Part shown: in pieces, positions 12,551 to 24,412 of the stretch
How positions within the stretch are numbered: position 1 is the stretch's first letter
Layout of the letters: the number at the start of each line of letters is the position of its first letter
Assembly: GCA_002104905.1 (NCBI GenBank)
Contig: MCFE01000135.1
Coordinates: forward strand, 62,001 to 126,000
Source of the DNA: Basidiobolus meristosporus CBS 931.73
Lineage: Eukaryota; Fungi; Basidiobolomycota
DNA length: 64,000 bases
Reading direction: 5' to 3'
The notes under the pieces: generated by a model
What the model was told of the DNA's origin: nothing
Seen by the model: the letters and a program-made list of their open reading frames with translations, nothing else
Database searches by the model: none
Position numbers and translations under genes: made by a program

Positions 12551-13483
12551 TCATTGTAACTGGACATTGGAGTTTTCCAATAATTTAGGAGATGGTTGTT
12601 CACAGGATGATTGCAGGAGCTTGAAGCTGGACTTCTTGTTTGGAAAAGACTTGGCAAAGTGGCCTGGCTGGCCACTGTAAAGGCAGAGATTTGCCTGTTG
12701 ATGTCTAGATCTTTCTTCTTTTGTGAGTTTCTTATATTTAGTACTGTCAGTTTGCATAGGATCAATAGGCTTAGTATTGGGTGACTGGATTACTGGGAAG
12801 GAGGTAGGCTGATAAGTATGTTGGAATTTTTGTTTCTTCTGGAAAAGACAATTGTCACATTGGATTGCTTGATGAATAGCTTCACCCAAGGGGGTTGGGT
12901 TAGGGAGAGTGAGAAGTAGGTCATTGACTTCATCATTGAGCCCATCCTGAAATTGTCTAATTAGGGCAGTGTCACCCCAAAGGCTCAAATCACTGGCTGG
13001 TAGCCAGAACTCAGAAGCATACAAGGATGCACATCTGTTTCCTTGCTCCAAGTTCTTGATCTTGTTGGCAGCAGTTCTGGCTTGGTCAATGTTGCCAAAT
13101 GTTAGCTCCATTTCTGTGAGGAAGGCATGGTAGTTGCTGAGTAGAGGTGAGTTGGTTTCCATCAAAGGGGAGAACCATATCCAGGCAGCTCCAGTAAGCA
13201 AGTTAGAGATATAACCAACTTTTGCTTGATCTGTTGGCAACCAATTGGGTTGTAACAACCAGTGGTGTTTCACAATGTTGACAAAACCTTGGAGTTCATT
13301 CTGGGAGCCACTGAGCTTGGTAGTGGAAGTGATCTTGGGATCATGGCAGGAGGGAGCCTGGATAGGCTCTTGCACATTTTGGCTCTGGAGCTGAGCAACA
13401 GAGTTTCTGAGGTTGGCATTGTCTTGTTGCAACTGGGCAAAGGCAGCCAGAAGACTTGCAAAGTTATGCTCTGGGCTGGACAT
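12551..13483 (-). CDS. Gypsy gag (Retrotrans_gag-like), 310 aa, with a degenerate CCHC knuckle
   Basis: LTGAAWIWFSP..FLTEMELTFG, QFQDGLNDEV, NLCLYSGQPGHFAKSF. Confidence 0.88.
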   Translation of the reverse strand: MSSPEHNFASLLAAFAQLQQDNANLRNSVAQLQSQNVQEPIQAPSCHDPKITSTTKLSGSQNELQGFVNIVKHHWLLQPNWLPTDQAKVGYISNLLTGAAWIWFSPLMETNSPLLSNYHAFLTEMELTFGNIDQARTAANKIKNLEQGNRCASLYASEFWLPASDLSLWGDTALIRQFQDGLNDEVNDLLLTLPNPTPLGEAIHQAIQCDNCLFQKKQKFQHTYQPTSFPVIQSPNTKPIDPMQTDSTKYKKLTKEERSRHQQANLCLYSGQPGHFAKSFPNKKSSFKLLQSSCEQPSPKLLENSNVQLQ

Positions 13484-13888
13484 GTCATGGTAGCAGGAGG
13501 CGTAGAAGTCTCTTGAACATGTTCAGGAATACTGGATATTGCTAGCTAATTTGTGGGCTATAAAGCCACTAGTTTGTCAAAAATACAATTATTGAGCCAC
13601 AATCCCCAGCTCTGAATAAGTTAGCATCACTACAGAAGGTACTGGCTTTAACATCCATTGATAGAGTATTGTACTAAAGCTTCCAATACTATAACAACTG
13701 TAAACTACACCAGCAGGGTAATAAAGTGAATGCAGCTTTGGCCATTAATCTTACAAAGATGCACTATCGTTGCCTTTAGAGGACAAGAATAGGGAAAGAT
13801 TCAGGGTGATACATATGGTAGGTATTCCGTTGCAAGTTCTTCTCAAGAACTTTGTGTAGAAGGCAGAGATTCACAGGTAAGTCAGGAG

Positions 13889-13974
13889 CACTGGTACTAT
13901 CTGGCACTATATTTAATAATTAGCCCTAAAGAAAGACCTATACAAAGCACTTATAGTGCCAGATAGTACCAGTG
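13889..13974. repeat. Perfect 23-bp inverted repeat beginning CACTG (86 bp span)
   Basis: CACTGGTACTATCTGGCACTATA (13889-13911) and its exact reverse complement (13952-13974). Confidence 0.9.
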
Positions 13975-14419
13975 GACCAAGACAGTGCCATGCATTTTTG
14001 TGACATGCTACAAGCCACAGGAGCTAGATTCAGAGTGCCATGGGTGTTGAGTACCAGATGCATATCTTCAATCCTTTTGTGCACTTACACATCCTGTACA
14101 ACACTGATCCAGAAAAAAACCTCAAAAGTTGGATTTTCTCCTGCATCATAGGTGAAATACAGGGGCTGCTTTTCATGAAGATGCAGAGCTATGTTTTACA
14201 CTCTGAGGCCTGGTATAGGCTGACTTGGCCTTTCTGGAACACTATGGCATTGAGTCTAATATTTCTCAGTCATTGCAGATCTCCAAAGCTTTGTCTGAGT
14301 GCTATTTAGGGCCTCTTTAGCAGTCTGAAGCTCCTCACTATGGACTGAATAGGCATAGGCTAGGTTTGTACCTTTATTGATGTAGTAACTAGGGCTCTCT
14401 CTTGTCTGATTGGATTTAT

Positions 14420-15480
14420 AATGGAATGATCACTTCTGGGATATTCCTGAGCACTGATTCAAGCTGAACCACAGCTGTAGGGTCCTCTGGAGTGAAAATA
14501 TTTTCATTATTTTGCTCTGATTTCATTGTGACAATTTGTGGACTTGGGATCAGATTTTTGTCATCATCTGATATCATTTTTTGAGAAACTTGAATTTTCA
14601 TTAAGCAGCACATCCCTGGACTTAATTAGCTTTTTTACCTTGTTACTGTAGAGTCAGTATGCCTTACTCTTGTTGCAGTAGCCCAAAAATATGCACTTTA
14701 CACCTGTTGGCTCATATTTTGACTGATTTTGGGCAGTTTGTTGGCATATGCTGTACACCCAAATATTTGTAGATGCTCTGCACTTGGTCTGTATCCATAC
14801 TATGCTTTAAATAGAGTACAATCACAAGGTATTTTGCTATAACTCCTATTATTAAGTTATACAGCTGTGGCAAATGATTCCACCCAAAGATCATAGGCTA
14901 ATTTTAAACATGGATTGTAGATCTTGCCATATCAATTGTTGATCTGCTTGCACATTCTGCTACTTCATTTTGCTGTGGGGATTATGGTACAGTAGTCTCT
15001 TGCTTTATCCCATGAATTCTGCAGAAGTGGATGCAGAGTTCTGTGGTATATTTTCCACCATTGTCAGAGTATATTTTCTTCATTTTTTCACCAGTTTCTC
15101 TCTCCACCATGCCTTTAAGCTCCTCAAACTTAGACAGAGCTTTTTCCTTTCTCTCCATAAGGTATACCCATGTGTGTCTTGTATAATTATCTGTAAAAGT
15201 ATTTAAATACTTGATCCAACCTAGAGATAAATCTTGCATAGGTCCAGACAGATCTGAGTGAATTAGACTAATATTTTGTTAGTTTTGATTAACCCAGAGC
15301 TTTGAATAGCTGTCTGACTTGTTTCCCATATATGCAGGCTTCACAGTACTCCAAGTTTGCTGGGGGATTAATTTTTACTCCAGAAATTAGCTGATCTTTG
15401 ATTACTTTGCACACATAATCAAATTGATGTGTCCAAATCCAGTGTCAAAGCATTGGTGTCTCTTCATTTAAGTTACTTAT
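14420..15480 (-). mobile_element. Ty1/Copia gag-pre-integrase/integrase fragment
   Basis: CEACIYGKQ..LIHSDLSGPMQ, FTDNYTRHTWVYLM, IYSDNGGKY motifs. Confidence 0.85.
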
Positions 15481-15489
15481 ATTGGCTTC

Positions 15490-17230
15490 CAGAATATAAG
15501 TTAACTTTATGATCCATGAGGCCCTTGAGTGCAATGATGAGGAGTGGGCTTTTGTTCAAGAGGCTGTTAGGAGTCTAGCATGCCATCACCTTAAGGCTGG
15601 CATACCATGGGACCATCAGGAACTCATGGCCAAGCAGAATGCACTTGACTTGTGCAATGAGCATTATCCTGAATTCAAACAGGCAATCAGACTTTGAGAC
15701 AGCATTGGCATGCTAAGAAAGTATCTTAAGAATAGCAGAAACTATCAAAGACAGAAGAACAAGGGTGCCATGGCTAAAAACCAGCAGCTTCCTCAAGAGC
15801 CCATTACAAGCAGGGCTAAAAGCTCCAGACAGGCATCAAAGAGATGTCAGGTAGCTGGAAGAGTGCCAATTAGGGACAAGCAGGCAGACACAGATACACC
15901 AGCACAACATTTATTAAGGAAAAAGCATAGTAGCACTCAATAAGTCCTCAGTCAAAGTAGCAGACAAGGACCTGGCAGTAATAAGAACCAGTGGCTTTTA
16001 CAGGAGCCTGTCACAACTACGGTTGAGAGCTCAAGACAAGTGGAGAAGAAACTTCACATTGTCAGAAGAGTGACAGCAAGGGACAAACAGGCCAAAACAG
16101 ATGTGTCAGAGCAGAGCTTATTAAGGAGAAAATGCAGTTCTGTACAAGAAGCACTCAGACAAAGTAGCAGTGAAAGACCTGGCAGTGATAAAGGGAAAGG
16201 AAAAGGGAAAACTGTCTACCCAAGCCTGAGATGGGGAGGCATGCAAAAAAAACTGCAGTTCTTGTCAGTTAATGCTGCTAGCCCAGGACATACTGAATCC
16301 CATCATAGCCAAGAAGAATTACCAACAAGAAAACAGCTGTTTTCACAGGAGATGGAAGCGCAGCCAGTTGACCTATACTCCAGCAAGGTAGATGAGTTTG
16401 CCAAAAAGGGTAATTTGTCTACCACAGCCTCCACAGCCTCCATTTTTGACAGAGTGGAGATCTTGCAGACAGACAAGGCCACAATATCAAGAGCTCAAAA
16501 GCTATCACAATGCCTTCAGTGGAGTTTTTGAACAATAATAGGCACACCAAGAGGTTGCAGTACTTCTTCAGGAGCCGTGCTCAAGAAAATGCACTGGAAT
16601 ATTGCAAGTATTTATTGCAATGACTGGCAGATGAGGTGCTATATCTTGCAGTGCTGGCTGAAGACTAGGACTTGTGGGAACCAGTTAATGAATAGTGGCA
16701 TAAAGCCATTGGGTTCCCACCATAGTTGTGGAACCAGAGCATTACAGCAGAAATAGTTATTGAGTGGTAGATTTTAATGGAGTTACTTGATGAGTGAGGG
16801 GTTGAGTGTGATGTTAGTGTAGCATATAGGGACTTGTATAGGTCAATACAATTGGCAATTGAGGCACAACTAAAGCTTTAACTGAAAAAATCAATTTGTA
16901 TACATGAAAAGTAAGAGAAATGGTTGAGTCAGGAAGTAAGGAGTGTGAAAAGAGGCAATAGCCAATCAAAGCACATAAACATAGGAGGTGATAGTGTCTG
17001 GGATCAGAAAGTGAGCAAATTGGCAGGGAACCAACCAAAAGTCACTTTTATATTGTTGTGATGAGAAGTTTTGACCAAGTTCTTTGTGAAATATGGGGAG
17101 CAATTATTTTTCAATGGTCTCTGCACAGTGTCCTGATAGGATCACTACCTCTTAGTCACGGGACTTTAAATTTGTAACAGCCTTTTGCCAAGATCATTAC
17201 AATAACTTTTCAATGGGAACAGGTCATTTA
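15490..17230 (+). pseudogene. ORF-B copy 3 of the CACTA-like element
   Basis: MIHEALECNDEEWAFVQEAVRSLA..MLRKYLKNSRNY; homologous to the reverse complement of 6400-6830 and 160-1690. Confidence 0.75.
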
Positions 17231-17849
17231 TATTCTGTTTAGCCTTAGATTGCTGATGCTCCCATGGTATGCTGGCATCATGGTGATGGTATACTAGACT
17301 TCTTATAGCCTCTTGAATATTAGCCCACTCCTCATCATTGCACTCAATCCCTATGAAAAATAATCTGGTCTCACAGGTGGATCCAATCCAGGTCAGCCAT
17401 CAGGATCCTGTTAAGAAGCTGTTGTAATACCAGCAGCTTGGAATTAGTGACCCTCTTAGTGATCTTATGATGGGATCACAAGGGCATTTTGCTAATTTTA
17501 CCGCCTAATAAAGTGATAAAACTTGACAGGGCTTGATTGGTGCTGTGACAATCATTGCATGGTATTACTGCAAACTTATTGCACTCTACAACTATTTTGA
17601 ATGGATGCAACTGGCCAGGACATCTAATTGCCTTATATGGCAAGAAACTTGATGTTATTTTGAAAAGCTCTTAGCAAGACTCTGATGACATTATAGTGGC
17701 AGTATGGTGGCCCACAGCTGGTTCTGTATTATGCTACCATACCAATTTACCAGATGGTATTTCCTTTTTCTACCTCCCCTTGTGCAATTCATATATTCCA
17801 CTGTAGAATCAGCACTCTTTATTAGCTTACCCACTGCTACCTTGGGTAT

Positions 17850-20260
17850 TCCACATATAGTTTGAATCAAAAAAATATGGCCTCCTGCTTACTAACCTCT
17901 ACAATCATGCACACCAGCCACAATTGATATACTTCTATCACCTCAACTTTATGGCTTTTTAGTGTGAAACTTGTAAAGTTGTCATATACCTTGTACTGCT
18001 GGTAACATATACATCTTGTAAACATATGCCTGCTTGTTGCCACTTCTGCCATGAATATCTCCTCAATATCTGCAAACAACTTCTTAGTATGTAGCCAATA
18101 TATTCCGTCTCCCTGCTGGATTCTAGTCCCCCTTATAGGTGTGCTTTGGCTTTTGTTTGTGTGAATTCTGTATTGAATGGTGTAGAAGTTGGCTTGTGAC
18201 CATGAGAAATCCGGCATATCTTGGTGGAGTTTTCCTAATAAAAATTAGTTGCTTATTGCTCCCAACCCAACTTTACATTACTTAACTGATTACCCATGCA
18301 TTGGGGCTGATTAGCTTCTTCATGCCATAGGCATAGGTGTCTGCATGTGCACATTTGTTCTCAGTATTTTCCAACTCTTCCTGGCTGTCCTGCATGTGCT
18401 AACTCCTCACATGCATGACAGACTTGAAGGTAATATTCTTGATGAGATTGGGATCTGGTAGTACCTGTGACTTGACTTGTCTCCCTATCTCCCCATACAT
18501 CTGCTTCATAGGAAACTCCCAAAAGGTGAAGCAAGGCCTGATATTCTCCACACACCATGCAAGATGGAGTAGAGAATGGACACAGTAGCAGCAGTGACCT
18601 ATGTGCTCAGCTTTATATTTGTAGTCTAGCTGCTCAAATCCTGTTACAAACTCCTTATACAACAGCTGTAGATGCATCAAGTTGGCATTGGTGATTTGCT
18701 TCTGGATAAATATTCCTACAATGTCCACATATGACTCCCAATGCTTCCAATGTACTCTTTGTAGAAATGGCTTCAGAACACCACTTGAATAAATACATAT
18801 CCAGTTCATCCAGTCTTTGCATTTGTATTGTTGCATATGCATATGAATATTAATTGGAGCCTGTGAGAAGTACTTAGGGTAGAAAATGCTCTGCAATACC
18901 TTGCCAGTTCTTTCAAATCTCTTGAGTATCTCAAAGGGCCCATTTAGCTTGAAATGCCCCATGTACAACTTGGTCATCATTACAGGGATATTGTGGAAAA
19001 GCAAGTGCATTGCTCTTAGTGGAAAGCTTTTGCACCAACAGATACCCTCTATCTTAGGTATTTCAGATTTCCAATTGCTTCAATATTCTAGCCAATGGCT
19101 AATAGCTTGCCAACTTTGCTGCAATTGCATGCAGATCTCTGTATGTTCTCTCTGCGGAAAGATGATGTTCTTAGTGCTGGTGTGTGGGCACTAATAATGT
19201 GTGTGAGTTATGGAGTAAATCACCTGGATCTCACACATTTGACAGCAATACCATCCATTATGCCAGGAAAAAGCTGCTTTCTTGCTGATGGCTGGGGTAT
19301 CTCCAATGCAGATAGTAATATACACTTTTACATGACGGCCACTTACTGCTATCCTGCTGGAAAGCATACAAAGTTCATCCAGCAATGGATACAGGTAGCT
19401 ATCCAGGTTGGATGGTGATTTAGGCCCAGATAACAGTGAGACTACCATCAGATTATTGCTCTGATGCTGTAAGATGGGCAGCAGATTCAGATTGATGAGA
19501 ATCAGTGGCCAGCAGGATTTGCAGGTAGAGTACTTTTTTAGTGAGAATCCATCAAGTGCTAAGGCAAAGGCATGGTCATACAATCCTTCAAAGTAGCGCT
19601 TGCTACTTAGCTGCTTGTAATGTTTGCCATCAAATATATTAGATATGTTTGTGCTTGATTGATACTGAGTGCAGTACTGTATAGGTTTGCAATATTTGTT
19701 GGACCGCATCAGCTTCCTCAGATGGGGTATTACTGGAATATATCTGGAGTGTGAACAATGTTTTCCCTCAATGGTGGTGGATATCTGACAACTTGGACAC
19801 ATTGCAATGGTAGCATTCTTGAATATGAATGCCATGTAACTATTAACACATGCTGGAATCAGGACAGTCTCTGGATCATATGTTGCCAGCTGCATGATGG
19901 TTGTCTACTTGTACCATGTATATGGTAAGTTGCATCCTGGAATGATTTTGACAAGAAGTAGTAATAAGTCCTCAAAGCCCCCATTACTGATATTAGTAGA
20001 AATGCACTACTTCTCTAGCTACAACATTACATCATTCACCAGTTGATGGATAACAGGGCTCACTTGGCTCCATAGAGTATCCTCAGCATTTGCTTCAATG
20101 GGTGTTGTCTTATTGCATATTGGGATTTGACCAGGCTCATATGTGGTACTGTTGTTAGGGGAGATAGGCTCAAAATCCATCAGTGAGCCTTCTTTGTCAG
20201 AGCTATCACTCTGCATGCCATATTCAGAAGGCTAAGGTGGGCCTAAAGGCATCACAAACT
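17850..20260 (-). mobile_element. CACTA/EnSpm Tnp2 transposase plus DUF4218-like region (best preserved copy)
   Basis: ALALDGF..SCWPLILINLNLLP..LSGPKSP..SYLYPLLDELCML; HSLLHLA..FWEFPM..GEIGRQVKS..P.PNL. Confidence 0.88.
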
Positions 20261-20299
20261 CACCTGACTCAGTTTGTGCAAGGTGACAAAGACAGATTT

Positions 20300-21640
20300 G
20301 AATAAATGGCAAGATATTATAGAGTACCTGCTACCCAAGGTGCTCTCACAAGCTCTAATCAATATACATATGCATATGCAACTATGAAAAAACAAGGACT
20401 GGATGAACTGAATATGTGTTTATTCAAGTGGCATTCTGAAGCCATTTCTACCCAGAGTACATTGGAAGCATTGGGAGTCATATGTTGACATTATAGGAAT
20501 ATTTATCTGTACACAGATTGCCAATGCCAACTTGACACATCTACAGCTTTTGTAAAAAGAGCTTGTAACAAGAATTGAGTATCTTTACTATAAACATAAA
20601 GCTGAATGTGTAGATCTCTGTAGAAAAATACTGAGGACAGATGTGCATATGAAGACACCTATGCCTTTGCATTCAGAAGCTAAGCAGCCCTAATGCATAA
20701 GTAATTAGCTAAGTTACACATGGCTGGGTTGGACACAACAAACAACTAATTCTTATTGGGACAACATTACAAGTGTTGTAAGAGTCTTGGAGATATTGGA
20801 ACTGATTGGGAGGACAAATAGATGATGTGGTTTTCACTTAATGATTTATTGAATGTGAAGTAGTATTTATTCTTTCACATGGTCTTGGCATTACAAACAG
20901 GTAGTATAGGTGAAGGAAGGTTTCAAGAGCATGTGTGCAAAGCTTGGGGCTGTTTGGACAACTTTGAGAACTTTCATGTTCTGGGTGCCTGGTATTTGGT
21001 GAAATATTCCAAGTAAATCCCAACAAGGAATTTGGTCAGTATTTTCTAGGATTTGAAGATATTGATCTAAGTGACTAAGTTAGGTGAATATTTAGGTGGA
21101 ATTATGAATTTTTACAACAACCTGAGTATACCAGGTTTCTCTTGGTCACAAGCTGATTTCTACACCATTGAATACATAATTCACACAAGCAAGAGCCAGA
21201 GCACACCTATAAGGGAAACTAAAATTCAGTAGGGACAAGGTATATTTTAATCAAGTACCAAAAAGCATTTGTGGATATTCAAGAGGTATTCATGGCAAAA
21301 GTGATGACAACCAACCATATATTTACAAGATGTATATGTTACCAGTAGTACAAGGTATATGGCCACTTTGCAAGTATCACCTGGAAGTGTAATAAAGTTG
21401 TGGTAATAGGAGTATGTCATTTGCAGCAAGTGTTTGTGTAAATACTGGTTAGTAATCCAGAAGCCATAGTTTTTTTTGCTAATTCAACTGTTTATGAAAT
21501 GCCTATGGAAATTGTGGGTGAGCAAATAAGGATGCATAATTCTACAGTGGAATATATGAATTGCATAAGGGGAGGTAGAAAAATGAAATACCACTTAGTT
21601 GATTAGTATAGCAGCATCTTACAGGACTAGATGTAGGTCA
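20300..21640 (+). mobile_element. 3' part of another Tnp2 copy, inverted relative to the copy at 17.7-18.9k
   Basis: Pieces match 2930-3240 and 3470-3700, and the reverse complement of 17700-18200. Confidence 0.7.
20774..21119 (-). mobile_element. Solo LTR family C (~345 bp), copy 1
   Basis: TGTTGTAA...TTACAACA terminal inverted repeat; inserted within the CACTA sequence; flanks ACAAG/ACCTG match only partly. Confidence 0.7.
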
Positions 21641-21644
21641 CCAT

Positions 21645-21992
21645 TGTTGTAAAATTTGTAATTCTACCTAAATACTCACCTAACTTAGTCACTTAAATCA
21701 TTACCTTCAGATCCTAGAGAATAGTAACCAAAACCCTTGTTGGGATTTACTTAGAATATTTTCACCAAAATACCAGGTACCCAGAACATGGAAATTCTCA
21801 AAGTTGTCCAAGCTGCCTCAAACTTTGCACACATGTTCATGGGACCTTCTTAAGCCTATTCTACATATTCATTATGCCAAAATCATGTAAAAGTATAAAC
21901 ATTACTTTTATGTTCAATAAATCATCAAGTGAAAACCACATGATCTACTTGTTCTCCCAATCACTTCCAATATCTCCAAGACTCTTACAGCA
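21645..21992 (+). mobile_element. Solo LTR family C, copy 2
   Basis: Reverse-complement homolog of 20774-21119; TATA-like site and AATAAA on the plus strand. Confidence 0.7.
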
Positions 21993-22449
21993 AGCTTAAC
22001 ACCACAATTATCCCAGTAGAGGTCTTTATCAAGGCCTTCAATACACCATCACATTTTACAATCTAATACAACCGCTTATATTGGCTGGTTAGGTCTATTC
22101 AAATAGATGCAAGCCACATAAAGATTGTTAATATGCCATACACACCCCACAAAGGGACAATTGAAAACACTGTCAAGTTTATTACTTTATTTGACAGTAA
22201 ACTCAGCAGAATATCACTGTAATCCTGCTATAGGATTGCAATGAGGGTCAAGAGTTTGAAGCTGGGGGCAGCATAATGGCCTCATTGCAGGATCCTGAAG
22301 ACTAATCTAGATCATATATGCTGATGGCAGCATATTATATTTCACAGTGTCAATGCTCATATGCACATGCAACCATACAAATGCAAGGACTGGATGAACT
22401 AGATATATACTTACTCAAGTGGCCTTTCAAAGAAATCACTATCTAGAAT

Positions 22450-23100
22450 ATACTAGAAGAATAGGGAGAAATCTGGGGCTATCACAATGCCCACAGTGGA
22501 GTTTTGGAACATCAATAGGCACACTAAGAGGTTGTGGCACTTCTTTAAGAGCTGTGCTCAAGAAAAGACACTCAAATAATTCAAGTAATGATGGCAAGTT
22601 CTGGCATATGAAGTGCTTGACCTTGCAGTACCAGCTGAAGACCAGGATGTATAGATACCAGTGAATGAACAATGGCATAAAGCCATAAGGTACCTGCCAA
22701 AGGCATGGACAAAGGGTATTACAGCAGAAACACTTATTGAATGGTGGGTTTTAGTAGAGTTAGTTGTTGAGTGTCAGGAGGAGCTTAATGTTAGTGTTGG
22801 GTATGGGAACTTATATAGGCCATTACAATCTGTGATTGAGTAACAATGGAAGACTTAACAGAAATAAACCAATTTACATGCATGAAAAGTAAGAGCATTG
22901 GTTGAGTAAGGAAGTATCAAGTGTGAAAAACAGTCAACAGCCAATCAATGTACACAAATGTAGGTGGTGATTGAGTATCTTGGATCATAATGTGAGAGAA
23001 AGGGCAGAGAGCCAATCAAAAGCCACTGATATATCACTGTGATGAAAAATATTGACTAAGTTTTTTGTGAAATTGGATGTGCAATTTCTTCAGCGGCTTT
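22450..23100 (+). pseudogene. ORF-B 3' fragment, copy 4
   Basis: NEQWHKAIRYLPKAWTKGITAETLIEWW; matches 16520-17090. Confidence 0.7.
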
Positions 23101-23443
23101 TGCTGTTATAAGAGTCTTGGAGATATTGGAAGTGATTGGGAGAGCAAGTAAATTATGTGGCTTTCACTTAATGATTTTTTGAATATAAAAGTGGTATTTA
23201 TACATTTACATGGTGTTGGCAAAAAAACAAATAGAATATGTCTAAGAGGGTCCCAGTAGCATATGTAAAGTTGGGGCTATTGGGATAACTTAATAAATTT
23301 TCATGTTATGGGTACCTGATGTCTTGGTGAAAATGTTTTAAGCAAATCCAAATGGCAAATTTGGTCAGTATTCACTAAAATTAGGAGGAAATGATCTAAC
23401 CAAGTTAGGTGAATATTTAGGTGGGATTGCAAGTTTTACAGCA
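23101..23443 (-). mobile_element. Solo LTR family C, copy 3
   Basis: Colinear with 20774-21119; TG...CA ends. Confidence 0.7.
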
Positions 23444-23625
23444 TTTGCACAGTGCCCTAATGTCATCAATACTTCTTTGTCATGGGATTTAAACTTTGTG
23501 ACTGCCTTTTGATAGGATCATCACGATAACTGTTCATATGGGAAGATCCATCACAGGATATCCCTAAGGAGCAATTTCATAGAGTTCATGAAATCAACTG
23601 ACCATAGCACTATCCACCACAAAAG

Positions 23626-23945
23626 TATTGCAAGTGTTTTGGAGATATTGGAAGTGGTTGCAAGAACAGGTAGATTATGTGATTTTCACTTCATACTCTA
23701 CTGAATGTGAATGTATCCTATATACTTTTACATGGTCTTAGCAAAACAAACATGTAAGATATGTTTGGGAAGGTCCCAATTACAGGTGTACAAAGTTTGG
23801 GGCTGTTTAGACAGCTCATCAATATTTCATGGTTTGGGTACCTGATGTTTTGGTAAAAGTATTTCAAGTAAATCTTGACAAGGAATTTGGGCAAAATTCT
23901 CTGGGATTTGAAGACTGTGATCTAAGTGACTAAGTTGAGTGAATA
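23626..23945 (-). mobile_element. Solo LTR family C, copy 4 (one end truncated)
   Basis: Colinear with 20774-21100. Confidence 0.65.
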
Positions 23946-24412
23946 TTCAGGTAGCCAGAAGCACCAATATAGTACCAAAGACCCATAGGACTCTTGATCC
24001 AACTGCAGGGGTCTGATGTATGGTCAAAAAATGGGGATTTCTCTAGCACAGGTGGTGAAACATAGGGGCTACTTTGCATGCTTATGTAAGATAAGGTTTC
24101 TCAAAATTTGACCAAGAATAGGTCTGCTTTGCATCTCTGGTATACTATGGAACTATTTGGCACTCATGGCCCAAGGTGGCACTATCCAATGGAGCAAGTC
24201 TAATAAGTGAGCATCACACACTGAAGAAGCAGGTACTGTCTCAATAGGTATATCATCTGCACTGTAGCACCTTACCCATGGGAATATCAGTCATGTACAA
24301 CTCCAACAATTTATTCAAGATACACAAGAATCCAAGGGGCAAAGATCTATAGCTGATAAAACATACTCTACAGAAGCGATAGTGTGCAAGTGCTAGCAAT
24401 GTACACTACCAT

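Larger units (their letters stand above)
8082..13560 (-). mobile_element. Decayed Ty3/Gypsy chromovirus LTR retrotransposon (5' LTR not found)
   Basis: Order gag-PR-RT-RH-IN-chromodomain. RT has YLDDILIYS and [15 protein letters not shown] has SMDFITNLP, VSDRGPQF and QSDGQTERTNQ. Confidence 0.95.
1..24370. other. AT-rich, CpG-depleted nested transposon cluster (probable heterochromatin)
   Basis: CG is rare by eye while TG/CA are abundant. Only decayed TE ORFs occur here. CG becomes common abruptly from about 24,375. Confidence 0.9.

Noticed and set aside
12560-12575. GGAAAAC near the gag end as a -1 frameshift site
   Set aside because: Not a canonical XXXYYYZ heptamer, and the element is too decayed to judge
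1-24370. Neurospora-type RIP as the cause of TE decay
   Set aside because: CpA/TpG are abundant rather than depleted; the loss looks CpG-specific
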